From assembly GCA_020184695.1 (NCBI GenBank), contig JAANOX010000033.1, positions 372,001 to 436,000 on the forward strand: DNA of 64,000 nucleotides, in the 5' to 3' direction. Origin of the DNA: Histomonas meleagridis 2922-C6/04-290x. Lineage: Eukaryota; Protista; Parabasalia. Each line of letters begins with the position of its first letter. Position 1 is the first letter of the stretch. The position numbers were made by a program, and so were the translations under genes. Below are positions 1 to 10,417 of the stretch, in pieces. A model generated the notes under the pieces. That model was given only the letters and a program-made list of their open reading frames with translations, did no database searches and was not told the DNA's origin.

Positions 1-1
1 T

Positions 2-163
2 GGAAACCAATGTCCGTGCAAAATACAAAGCTTTAAAGGAGGACTAGTAATTGTAAGAATTCCTGATAATGAGCCAAATACCTTAGATGAAATTCTTCCG
101 TATCTCCCAGAGGAAACTGGTGTTGCATTCATTGCATCGACTGACACGCACTTTCGTTATTAA
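2..163 (+). CDS. Probable 3' end of a gene cut by the window edge (GNQCPCKIQSFKGGLVIVRIPDNEPNTLDEILPYLPEETGVAFIASTDTHFRY*)
   Basis: 53 open codons from nt 2 to TAA at 161-163, with higher GC than the flanking DNA; no recognisable domain. Confidence 0.35.
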   Translation, partial: GNQCPCKIQSFKGGLVIVRIPDNEPNTLDEILPYLPEETGVAFIASTDTHFRY

Positions 164-458
164 TGTATAAATAAATTTACTTTTTTAAATTATACAAATA
201 ATATATAAACTTGAATAATCTGAACCCAGTTGTGAACAGTTTATACTTGTTCTTGAATATAATAATGAAGGAAATAACAAATGACTTTTGTCATTTTTAG
301 CATTTGATGACATTACTGACAATTTCCGTTTGAATGGGAAAGTTAAACGTATTCTCAAGTTAAATTCGTTTTCATTTCATTTTAGAATGGTAAAATTAAT
401 TGAAATTTGAATGCTTTACTTATATAAATCATTCAATAATTGAATATTGGAATAGAGG

Positions 459-1564
459 TTGGCGCCATATCAGTTAATGGAAAATCTCAGCATCAAATCT
501 TGCTTTCTAAAGCCAGAAGGAAAGCAATATATAAAAGAACAAGTCACAAAAGCAAGGAACAATGGATGTAAATGGCAAGATATTTTTGATTCTTCGTCAA
601 TTCCAAAAAGTACAATTCATAGGTGGGCAAACAAGGATATGTCTCTCGAGGCTCAAAAGCAAAGACAAGTACACCCTAGAAACAGGAAGCTGCTAACTGA
701 TGAGGAGGAAAGAAGCTAGATACAATTGGAGATTGATAAAAGAGCAAATCATGAAGTAGTTTCAATCGAATAGATAAGAGAAGCTATTGTAGAAATTACC
801 AATGGGAGAGTTCAGAAAGCTTCTGATGGATATATCAGTAATTTTTATAAAAGGCATGGTTGGCCTAACCGAAAAACCCAAGAAAGAAACAAAAAAGAAG
901 TTCGAAGTACCCTAGAGCAAGAAGTGAAAGATTTTCAAGATGAAGTTTCGAATTTTGTTTCTTCCAATTCCATTCCATCATCCAGGATATTTACCATGGA
1001 TGAGACGGGGTTGTGGAATGGTTCTGTTTCACAACGCACTTACGTTAACCCATTCACAATGGATTCAGGTGTTGTTTCACCTGGAGATCATAGAAGAGAT
1101 ACAGGTGTTGTGGCGTTATCTGTCGATGGAACCATTCATCCTTATTTCATTTTTCATTCTCCTCAAAAAACTAAGAAGGTCAATGGGAGAAGTGTTGTTG
1201 TTAAAAAAAAGTGGCGGGAATAGGCTTTGATCAACTGAACCAATGGTCGGAAGAATTTGTAAACAAATACGGAAACCCTTCTGGAACTGTCTTGATCATG
1301 GATCGCCTAAGAGTTCACATGAATCCAAAAATTAAGAAAAACTTGGAAGGAAAGCATGTTAAGTGCCTTTATCTTCCACCACAAGGTGCAAAGCTTGCTT
1401 CTGTATGTGATAATTCTTTTTTTTCTGTTCTGAAGGCAAGAATATCAAAAATGGACACAACTACAACAGAATAGGAAAAAGAAGCATTTTTTTCACTTTG
1501 CAGAGAGTTTCCGGAAGAAATGGTTAAGAACTTTTATCATCATTGCGGATGGAATTTCGAATAA
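459..1564 (+). pseudogene. Broken DDE transposase of the pogo/Tc1-mariner (DDE_1-like) type
   Basis: ORFs 459-719 and 924-1223 share one frame, interrupted by TAG at 717-719 and a second in-frame TAG about 50 nt downstream. A frameshift at the A-run near 1203-1210 leads to ORF 1211-1474, then a TAG, and the frame continues to TAA 1562-1564. It has an HTH-like N-terminus and the motifs FTMDETGLW, LIMDRLRVH and YLPPQGAKLASVCDNSFFSVLK. No TIRs recognised. Confidence 0.8.
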
Positions 1565-2090
1565 ACGAAAAATCGACATTTTGCAAAATAATTGAAGTAA
1601 ATAGTTTACATACTAATGTAGATTTGTTGATAGTGTTGTGGTTTTAAAATTCTTGAAATGTTGCTTGGCAGATCCAAAATAGTAACTCTCTTGTGCAAAA
1701 GTGACACCGGTGGAAATCTATCGTTTTTTCAACCTTAGATAAATTGTCAGTATTATTTACAACTTTTATCGAATGGGTTTTATATTCTCAGCACAAAAAG
1801 AATTTCAATTGAAATGTATCTTACCAGTTATAATTTCACAATTGTATAAGTATCAGTACTGTCTCAAATGTTTTAGAGTCATTGCTACTCAAAAATATTT
1901 TAACTATTTTCTCGAATGATGAATGTGAATATTCACTTTTTGAATCAAAACACGATAATTATCAATTCAATCAAAAATTATTTTTAAATTCGTTTTTTTT
2001 CTTCTTTTTAACATTTAAACAACAGAATTCACAAAATCATAATGTTTATCAAGTTTAATTTCTAATATCTCATCAAAAATCATTATCATT

Positions 2091-3521
2091 TCATTGATCC
2101 TCTTCTTCTTCTTCCTCTTCTTCAGGTGGGTTTTTCAATCTTTCGATCTCCTTTTCCTCGTCCAAAGTAGGATCTATAATTTCTGTCATTTTCCTTCGAT
2201 ATTCCTTTGCAAGCTTCGGCGGTTTCGGTGGTTGGAAGCCGTTTACAACGACTTTATTTCCATCTCCGTAATATATCGAACACGCCTTTTTACCATCTGT
2301 TATGTTGTAAGCTCCGGGCCATCTTAAGCTTTCTGCTATGGCAAAGCTTTCACCTTCTATCACGCTCATTATCGTTTTCAAATTCCAGCAAGAATTATCT
2401 TCATCAAATCCTTCATCATTTTCGATGCTAGTGAACAACTCGACGCTTTCTTCAGGCTCGTCTTCTTCTTCTTTTACTTCCTCTTCCTCCTCCTCTTCTT
2501 CTTCGCCATCTTCATTTATTATCTTTTTATGTCTTGGCGGCTTTGGTTGCTTTGGAGCTCTTTTATACGTCTCGCGCCCTTGCGGGAGTATGTAAGGGCG
2601 TATATGAACCCAATCGACGTTTTCGACATCAGCGCCTTCGAAATCAACATCGACAACAAGCTTTAATTGCTTTGGAGGCAGTTCTTTCTCGGACTCTTCT
2701 TCATTCTCATCATTATTTTCAGGTTCTTCGTTTTTCTCTTCTTCCTCCGAAATGTATTCCATGAAATATCCATTCGGAGCGACCATTGTTGAAGACGTAA
2801 TACGAGCGATAAGAGTACGTAAATAAACATCTTCCGTAACTTCAAATGGTATAATGGAATGAATCGCTGAGCTTAAATCCCCGCTGAGTTGCCATGTAAT
2901 TTGTCGAGATCGGACAATGTCACTTGGCCGTAAATCTGGAAGACGAACCCAGTCATCAAATGGCGATTTAGTGGAATAATATACATAACGATTAACACCA
3001 ACGCCAACTTCGGGTGGAACATCATATGGACCAACTGCAGGAATATCATTGGATCGGAATTCTAAACTAATGTCTGCTTCGGCTATGTACAAATTACCTT
3101 TGGGAGTGTTGAATAGGCCCCAAAAACGAACATTGGAGATTTCATCTGACTCTGCAAGTTTGATGAGTGAACACTGCAACATTAAAGACGACTCTTGACT
3201 GAGGGTAATACCAATAGAGGACCACTTGTCAAGAGTATCAAAAAATGTGGTATCAAGTTTGGAACGTGAATCGGAATTGAGTTCTTCTAAGAGGGTAATG
3301 ATAGATGTGCAACGATCAAGCTCTTCTTCAGGAACACCTGGTGATTGAGTTTTGGTTTGAACATGACGTTGCTTCCAAAGAAGAGTTGACATTGTTTCGA
3401 TCGAGCCTAGTGGATCTGCTGGTTGTTCTCTTACAATAGCTTGGAGGAGATCTCCAATATGTTTCGAAAGTGTATATTTTCCATATTTTTGGTGCTCTAA
3501 TGAAGATAATTTTTCCTGCAT
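2091..3521 (-). CDS. RSPH4/6: Radial spoke head protein RSP4/6-like (flagellar axoneme)
   Basis: 476-aa ORF with family motifs VRFWGLFNT..NLYIAEA, PPEVGVGVNRYVYY, WVRLPDLRP, YLRTLIARI, WVHIRPYILPQGR, SLRWPGAY, SIYYGDGNK, plus acidic tracts. Confidence 0.9.
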   Translation of the reverse strand: MQEKLSSLEHQKYGKYTLSKHIGDLLQAIVREQPADPLGSIETMSTLLWKQRHVQTKTQSPGVPEEELDRCTSIITLLEELNSDSRSKLDTTFFDTLDKWSSIGITLSQESSLMLQCSLIKLAESDEISNVRFWGLFNTPKGNLYIAEADISLEFRSNDIPAVGPYDVPPEVGVGVNRYVYYSTKSPFDDWVRLPDLRPSDIVRSRQITWQLSGDLSSAIHSIIPFEVTEDVYLRTLIARITSSTMVAPNGYFMEYISEEEEKNEEPENNDENEEESEKELPPKQLKLVVDVDFEGADVENVDWVHIRPYILPQGRETYKRAPKQPKPPRHKKIINEDGEEEEEEEEEVKEEEDEPEESVELFTSIENDEGFDEDNSCWNLKTIMSVIEGESFAIAESLRWPGAYNITDGKKACSIYYGDGNKVVVNGFQPPKPPKLAKEYRRKMTEIIDPTLDEEKEIERLKNPPEEEEEEEEDQ

Positions 3522-3825
3522 AATGGAAGAAGTAACGGATTTGTCAAAACCGCAATATAGGCAGTTATATTACTAAAAATCATTTCAATACTTTATGACA
3601 CTCCGATCAAAATGCATTGATTTTTGGTTTCAGAAGCAAAGCAAATCAACTTGAGTTGGTAATATAAATCTTGTTAGGTATTTTCTGACTGGAAGGTAAC
3701 GTCAAAATGGCATGTTTGTTCAATGGAATTGGGAATATTAAACTTGTTAGTTTTATATTAAATAAAAAATCAAATGGTATCAATGCTTAAAATGTTTTTT
3801 TAATATTTCTTTGTATTATTTGAAC

Positions 3826-4001
3826 TTTGGTTTAATAATCTGAAATTTCAAAATAATATTTGGAAATTGTATAATTTATTTGAAACATCACTGATGAAAA
3901 AGGTTATACAGAAATAGTCTAATTATATCTTCAACAAAAAGGAATTGATATTAATGCTATAAATATTTATTCGTTTTATTTGATATTTCAAAATAATATA
4001 T
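3826..4001 (+). pseudogene. Solitary degenerate ankyrin unit with its flanking spacer sequences
   Basis: atttcaaaataatatttggaaatt...gaaacatcactg...ggttatacagaaatag...caacaaaaaggaattgatattaatgctataaatatttattcgtttt matches the ankyrin+spacer unit of the arrays at 15-17 kb and 36-40 kb; no long ORF. Confidence 0.75.
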
Positions 4002-4762
4002 GATGAAGAGTGTTGTTCAAAAAGTTGGAGATTTTATATGATAAAACAATTAATTAATTAAATTCCATGAAAGACAGAACATTTGGATATTCAAGTTTAA
4101 AATATTACAAAAATGCAAAGTTTTTCGAAAACAATATTCAAAATAGATTATGTTCATTATGTATCAAAATTCTCAAAAGCAATTCTTAACATTTTGGTAT
4201 ACATATGATGAAAGTATTTGGATTGAGAATTATACTCGTGAAGGGCGTTTTTGTAGAAAAATTGTTTTTCAGTTTTTTTGTTCTAAAGATTGGATAATTG
4301 AACATTTTTAAAAAAGTAAATTTACTGTTTAACGATATTAACTGAAAGTTTTATAGAAATTTTGTCAAGCTGCCGATAGAAACATAAAGATTCTGGCATC
4401 GTTCTCTCGAAATTGATATCGGCCAATTGAAACTTATCGGTTGTGCAGAAAAAGTTGTGTCTTTCAATTCTGAATTATAATTTACAAAATTCAAAACCTC
4501 ATTTTATTGAAATCCTTCTTTGATCATGAAGTTTTTTTGGAACTTCAGTTTTTAAAATTTTATTTTCACAAAAAAACATTGGGAAATTTTATACGGAATG
4601 AGTAGATGAAATTATTTCCTAGATAAAAATTTTTATTCAATCATTTCTGGCTATTACTGTCAATTTTTGTTAAGTGGGAACAAAAGTGGAATTGAATTGA
4701 CGATCGTTTTAATCACTTTTTCAATATAACGAAAAAACCGAAAAATTGGTTGAAGCTTCAAA

Positions 4763-5709
4763 ATGAACAAACAACCCGAAGAACCTGCATCATCAAGGCG
4801 CTTCATGTCTCTTGGAGGTGATATGCACCTTCCGCCACAGAAAGTTGGTCAACAAAAGTTCGCGCCATCCAATTTAAATTCATCATCTTTCGTTCCAAAA
4901 GTTGAGAACCCCCTTGTAAATCAATTTCCCGACATATTTACTACATGTCCAGAGCTTCGTAAATTCCAAATGCCATCACTATTTTCAAAATCAGAATCAA
5001 ATGAAGAGCAAGATCAAAATAAAAATCAAAACAAACCAGAAGAAGTTCAACAACGAGAAGAGCCCCAACCTGTACAAATTTCACAACCAAGACCTTTTGT
5101 TTTTCAAAGATTCCAAGTAATTCCTTTTCAATTTTTCACTGGTTTTCAACCATTTGCACCTATAATTAAGCCGTATGTTTCCACCGGGATTTCCTCTTTT
5201 TAACAGTGGAATTTTCGGTCTTTTCGAACTCACTAACTCATAGACATGAACTTGGATTTGTACCAAAAAGCGAGTGGCCACCACAGCTATGTACTCTCCG
5301 TGACCTACAACAGATGTACTTCACACGTAGGAATGGAATCAGTCGTCGCTTTGATTTTAAACTTTACAATGCATTAAGGATCACAAAGGCATTTCCTGAC
5401 GCGTACCCATACATTGGAGCAATTTGGATTGGTCAGAACATCATGAAGATACACTCACAAAGGTTTGCTGAACTCCTTGGAATTCATGCTGTTCAAGGAG
5501 GATTATTCCACAAACAAGGAAATTTCTCAAGGCATGGGTTTGTACAGGTACACAAGCAAAGTCCAGAGTCGTTGGCACTAAATATAAACTTATGGGATGT
5601 AGATGATTACAATGTAAGGTTGTTCACTGACCAGCAAAACAGATTCTCCAGAGATAAAGAATTCGACGTGTCAGAAATAGTTGGTGAGAAGCCTGACATT
5701 GTCGAGTGA
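4763..5709 (+). CDS. Initiator-binding-domain (IBD, IBP39-like) protein, two exons (4763-5172 and 5244-5709)
   Basis: Exon 2 encodes RRFDFKLYNALRIT...IGAIWIG..IMKIHSQRFAELLGI...LFHKQGNFSRHGF, an IBD-like signature. Removing 5173-5243 joins ORF 4763 to the ORF 5206 frame (...IIKP|HELGF...). Confidence 0.8.
5173..5243 (+). other. 71-nt spliceosomal intron of parabasalid type
   Basis: Starts GTATGT and ends ACTAACTCATAG (Trichomonas fused branch point/3' splice site consensus ACTAACACACAG); excision restores the reading frame exactly. Confidence 0.9.
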
Positions 5710-5848
5710 AGCTGAATTAAAATTATATTGTTGATAAATCCCTCAAAACTTAACGAGGATGATAATTTTCGGTTGAAAATTTGAATGGTGTTGTTATCAA
5801 AACCGTTAAGTAAATTTTAGAATGTCTTCAAAAGTTTATAATTTAGAA

Positions 5849-5856
5849 AAAGTGAC
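5849..5856 (+). promoter_or_regulatory. AAAGTGAC upstream motif (resembles a reported Trichomonas promoter motif)
   Basis: Lies about 20-28 nt upstream of ATG 5877. The identification rests on a recalled T. vaginalis motif consensus and was not tested. Confidence 0.3.
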
Positions 5857-5876
5857 TTCCGTACGTTAATAAAGAA

Positions 5877-7286
5877 ATGAACATCGGTTATAAGAAACAA
5901 AACACAATTAAAAATCTTCGAAAGAATAATAGAACTAATGAAGAGAATGTGAATAAGATCGATCCTTCGTCCGAAGCTACAGCTCAAACTTTGTCTCGTT
6001 TAATTAATGAAAATTTTCAAAATAATAATTATGATGATTCAATTGAATACATTCACCAATTATCGAATCTACTGTATACAACAGAAATAAGGTGTATTGA
6101 TTATATTAAGATAAACAATATTCCCGATATTTTATTATTTTTTCTCCAGAATGACAAAAATACAAATTTTAAAATAATTTCACTTAATTGTATTACACTT
6201 TTAACAGCTAGGACACCCAATCTTTGTAGTGAGTTTTGTCAGCCAACGTTAATTGGCAATTTGATTACAATGTTAAGAACAGAAAAAGATCAAACACATT
6301 TAGCCAAAATAATAACCCTTATTTATAATTTACTTTGCACTAAATTTCAACCTGCTATAAACTTTTTTTTGGAAAATATGACTTTTCCAGAACTTCGAGA
6401 AATAATTAGAGGCAAATCAAATGGAGATCTTATATCCAGCTGTTTTGATTTGTTTCAACTAATCACCCAATATCCGATTGAATCAAATGCGTGTGGTGAA
6501 TTATTGGTACTCATCAAAGATTTTTCAATCACAATCGATAAAGATGATTTAACTCAATCATTTTCATATATTATAAGCCATCTTATTGAAACGAATTCTT
6601 TAAATTATGAAGCATTTGATCAACTTGGTTATTTTGATATGATAAATAATAAATTGAAAGATATGAATCAGAAAAATATTCCTTCTTTATGTAGAATAAT
6701 ATCTTCCCTTTACAATAAATACAAATGTAATTATTTGTTTGATATTGATAGATTAAAATCATTAATATTTCATGAAAAAAGCATGAAAAAAGAAGATGAA
6801 CAAAATGCTGTTTCTGCAGCATATGCATTTCATAGTTGTCTAAAGGTAAATCATGACTTAACAATTGAATTAATAAATGAAGATTTTATAGCCACTATAA
6901 TCAAATGCTTCCAATACAGAACAATAAAATGTAAAGTTGCTATCATAAAAATTATTCATGAATTATGTTTCAATGCAACCGAAGACATGATAAAATTTTT
7001 ATTGATTGATGTAAACAAAGTTTCTATCTTAACATTAGTTTCTGAAATTCTCGAAATACTAAATGAAGATGTTATACTTGAAGCATTGGATATAATTTAT
7101 CAAATAATCCAAATTTCTGAATACAACATTGTATTCTCAGAAAGGTGCATGAATTTGTTTCTAGAAGCTTTTCCAAATAAAGGACTTTTTACATCATTTT
7201 CAACTTACGACGAAAATATTTCGCAAAAAGCTTCACTTATAGAAACATATATAACATCAAAACTCGAAGAGGAGGATACATCATAA
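5877..7286 (+). CDS. Hypothetical ARM/HEAT-repeat (alpha-solenoid) protein
   Basis: Intact 469-aa ORF with Leu/Ile-rich amphipathic helical periodicity and a basic N-terminal stretch; no specific family recognised. Confidence 0.7.
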   Translation: MNIGYKKQNTIKNLRKNNRTNEENVNKIDPSSEATAQTLSRLINENFQNNNYDDSIEYIHQLSNLLYTTEIRCIDYIKINNIPDILLFFLQNDKNTNFKIISLNCITLLTARTPNLCSEFCQPTLIGNLITMLRTEKDQTHLAKIITLIYNLLCTKFQPAINFFLENMTFPELREIIRGKSNGDLISSCFDLFQLITQYPIESNACGELLVLIKDFSITIDKDDLTQSFSYIISHLIETNSLNYEAFDQLGYFDMINNKLKDMNQKNIPSLCRIISSLYNKYKCNYLFDIDRLKSLIFHEKSMKKEDEQNAVSAAYAFHSCLKVNHDLTIELINEDFIATIIKCFQYRTIKCKVAIIKIIHELCFNATEDMIKFLLIDVNKVSILTLVSEILEILNEDVILEALDIIYQIIQISEYNIVFSERCMNLFLEAFPNKGLFTSFSTYDENISQKASLIETYITSKLEEEDTS

Positions 7287-7925
7287 AACAAAATAAAATA
7301 TTATGTCAAAAGCGAAAAAATATAAATATATTAAACATAAAATTCATGAAAGCATAAATTTAATAATTAAGATTAAAATTATCTTTTAAATATATTTAAA
7401 TCATAAATATATGTTAATATTACAAATTATTATGATGAATCACAGCTTTATGCATATTTGAATAGTTTACATAAAATGGAGAATTGATCATTATGGATTT
7501 TCTCTGGCAAATACTTATCAAAATTTCAAGTATAAAAAAATGCTGGATTACATATGTTTTTAGTTTAGAATATACTTATGATAATAAATTGAATAAAATA
7601 AAGAATTTGGTGCGTGTGAGTATTTGAGGCTCAAAATGGCAAAAATCAATAAATGGTCATATAAGAAGTAAAAAAAGATGAGTGGTTTGACTTTGTTTGT
7701 TTTGCTAATTTTTTGGAAAGCTCTCTTTTGGGCTTAAGAATGAAAATTTCTGGAACAAAAGTGGTTTCGAAAAATTGTGCCACACTTCTTTTTTGTAAAA
7801 CTTAAACTTCTCAAAAAGTTCAAACACATTTAACCGCATCTGATTTGAATACTTGTATATTCAATATTTGAATGATTGTTTTTGGGAGATAATTTATTAT
7901 TTTAGATGATATTAAATTTAGCGTT

Positions 7926-9140
7926 ATGTTTTTAATGCATTTATCTCATATAGTATACTATACGAAAATGGTACCTTTATTATTTATGATTCTAATGGAT
8001 TTGAAGAAGCAACTAAAAATAAAGATAATTATAACACATATTATCATCGATAGCAATGTTAGTGAAATTCCATCTGAAGTTTTTAAGGATTGGGGTTCAT
8101 TATTATATGTCGAAATTGGGGAAAAGGTAAATATTATTGGTAACTTTTCTTTTGCAGGATGCGTTTCATTACATACTGCAATAATTGGAAGTGTAACAAT
8201 AATTAAAGATTCTGCATTTCGAGCCTGTACTGCATTAGAAAATTTTTCATTACCATATTCAGTCACTTCATTAGGAACATTTGCATTTGCTGAATGTAAA
8301 TCATTACCAAATATTGTAATTCCATCTTCTGTTACTTCAATTGGACAATATGCATTTTATCGTTGTTATAAATTCACAGCTATTTCAATTCCATCTTATG
8401 TTACTACAATCGAAAGTAGTTTATTTTATCAATGTAACTCACTAATGCGTATTATTATTCCATCTTCTGTTACTTCAATTGAAAAAAAATGCATTTTCTC
8501 AATGTTTCAAATTGAATTGTATATATTATTATGGTGACAAAGAACCATCAATTTCATCAGATGCCTTCACATCAGTTCCGGCAGTATATGTAATGACACC
8601 AAATTCATATGAAAGTGACAAGTTTGGATCACTTGAAGCATACAAAGGGAATACCTTTGATGGATGTTCCCCATGGCCAACTCAATCTTTTACACAATCA
8701 AATACATATTCAAATACATTTTCGCAATCAAGCACATTTTATCATTCGCAACAAGCTGATTTAACATTTATACACTCTATAACAATTATTAATTCATTTT
8801 CAATTACAAATACAATTACAGAAACAGTTTTCATAACAAATACATTAACACTTTCTCAAATTAATCAAGAATATACATATATAGATACACAAATCTCTTA
8901 TTATGATTCAATAATTACTGAGTTTTATTCGTATTTCAGTTTTTCTTATGATAACATTTCATTGAAATAAGTAATTTCGAAGATAATGATGATAATACTG
9001 TTGCAATAGCTGTTGGAATATGTGTTCCTGTTGCTGTAATATTAATAGTTATTTTAATTCTATTTTTAGTAATTCGTAAAAGAAAGATTAAAGAAAGCAG
9101 TGAAGGAAACTATGTTGAAGAAAAAGACACCGAACTATGA
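7926..9140 (+). pseudogene. BspA-like (TpLRR) surface protein with Thr/Ser-rich stalk, TM helix and short tail; fragmented by about 4 frameshifts
   Basis: Repeats such as IVIPSSVTSIGQYAFYRC in 7926-8537. A -1-type join at the A-run near 8481-8489 leads to ORF 8479-8970. Another frame after 8970 gives SNFEDNDDNTVAIAVGICVPVAVILIVILILFLVIRKRKIK...TEL* (TGA 9138-9140). The N-terminus also reads better in a shifted frame (NAFISYSILYENGTF). Confidence 0.8.
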
Positions 9141-9422
9141 GAAATTTTATGAATAAACATTAGCTCTCATTTCGCTATAGACATTTTTAGAGTTTAGATT
9201 TTGAGATGAGGTTAGTTACATCTAAACAATCGAAACTTTTAGATATCAATTTGACATCCAGATTCTTTTCGTACAAATTTAACTTTAAAAACGAAGTTTA
9301 AACATGATCAAATTACACTACATTAACACAGATTGGATTTATAGGGCCAAAAACTTATAAGTATGAAAAATATGAATTGTGTAGATGTAATATTTTATTA
9401 TAAAGTTTAATGTTTATTTACT

Positions 9423-10226
9423 TTATATTTTCTTACAAGGAAAAGTAACTTCGCTAAGAATTTTGAGTGGGTTTTTAGGCAGATGCCATCCCCAAACACA
9501 TAAATTACCAGTGAGAGAAACAGAATTTACCAAAATATCGTCCTTTGTCATGGCTGAAATTCGTGGCACATAAACAACAGAATTTTTGGAAAGTATCAAA
9601 TTATATGCAGAATGCTCATCATCAAAAGAAGCCGTTTCTAGAAGCTCATTGTACGCATCTTCTATTGTCGTTGGTTTATAGTCTTTGATATGTGTTGAAT
9701 GATATAAAAAAGGAAGTTTGATGTTGGATGCCATGGCATCAAAAACTGGTCCTTTCATATCAGGAATAAACTGAAGGTGTTTATGTAATTGGGAACATCC
9801 AGACTCTTTACCAGAGTTATAGTAAGCAAATCCTCTTCCATTAAATTCAGTAAGAATTTTTGAAAATGCATGAAAATCAGTTGAATTAAGTTTGTCGCCT
9901 TGCACTCCATTCTTATCTCGCGAAGAGATAACTATGTGACCTGGTTTTTGCATGAATTTATTTATTAAAATATGATGATTTGCTCCATCAAGAAGATCAC
10001 AAACATGAAGGTTTGAATCAAATGGTGGTAACAGTGGATCACCTTTGCTTTTGGTATTTGATTCTGTTTTAATAAAATTTTGAATTAAATTCATATTATA
10101 AAAATGAAAAATAAAAAGAATACCATTTTCTGTGGTACATTTTATATCCGGCAAAATAAGTTGGAATGCATTTTTTGATTTAATAGCAATTTTGCATTGG
10201 TTGATAATTTTGGATTTTAACGACAT
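9423..10226 (-). CDS. ATP adenylyltransferase / Ap4A phosphorylase (Apa1/Apa2-like)
   Basis: 267-aa ORF with INKF...GHIVISS and FAYYNSGKESGCSQLHKHLQFIP (HxHxQ motif of the GalT/Apa branch of the HIT superfamily). Confidence 0.85.
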   Translation of the reverse strand: MSLKSKIINQCKIAIKSKNAFQLILPDIKCTTENGILFIFHFYNMNLIQNFIKTESNTKSKGDPLLPPFDSNLHVCDLLDGANHHILINKFMQKPGHIVISSRDKNGVQGDKLNSTDFHAFSKILTEFNGRGFAYYNSGKESGCSQLHKHLQFIPDMKGPVFDAMASNIKLPFLYHSTHIKDYKPTTIEDAYNELLETASFDDEHSAYNLILSKNSVVYVPRISAMTKDDILVNSVSLTGNLCVWGWHLPKNPLKILSEVTFPCKKI

Positions 10227-10417
10227 GATTTGAATTGTAAACGTTCGGAAATTAACGGTTATTTCATCATCTCCAATTTGTTCGACATTAAATCGATTTC
10301 ATTGCGAAATGTTATAATAAATCCTCTTAAGCGTAAAGCCTCAAAATTAAATTTCAACAACTTTAATATGGAAACCATAAAAACAAAACATTATTTTATA
10401 TTATATTTACAAACAAA

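Noticed and set aside
459-1564. TAG reassigned to an amino acid (three in-frame TAGs)
   Set aside because: Other elements are broken by TAA and TGA as well, intact host genes have no internal TAG, and the Kelch gene appears to end at TAG.
2094-2845. Short ORFs overlapping RSPH4/6 (and similar shadows over other genes, e.g. 26402-27158, 28194-28541, 41283-41669)
   Set aside because: Antisense or off-frame shadows of well-supported genes, with no motifs.
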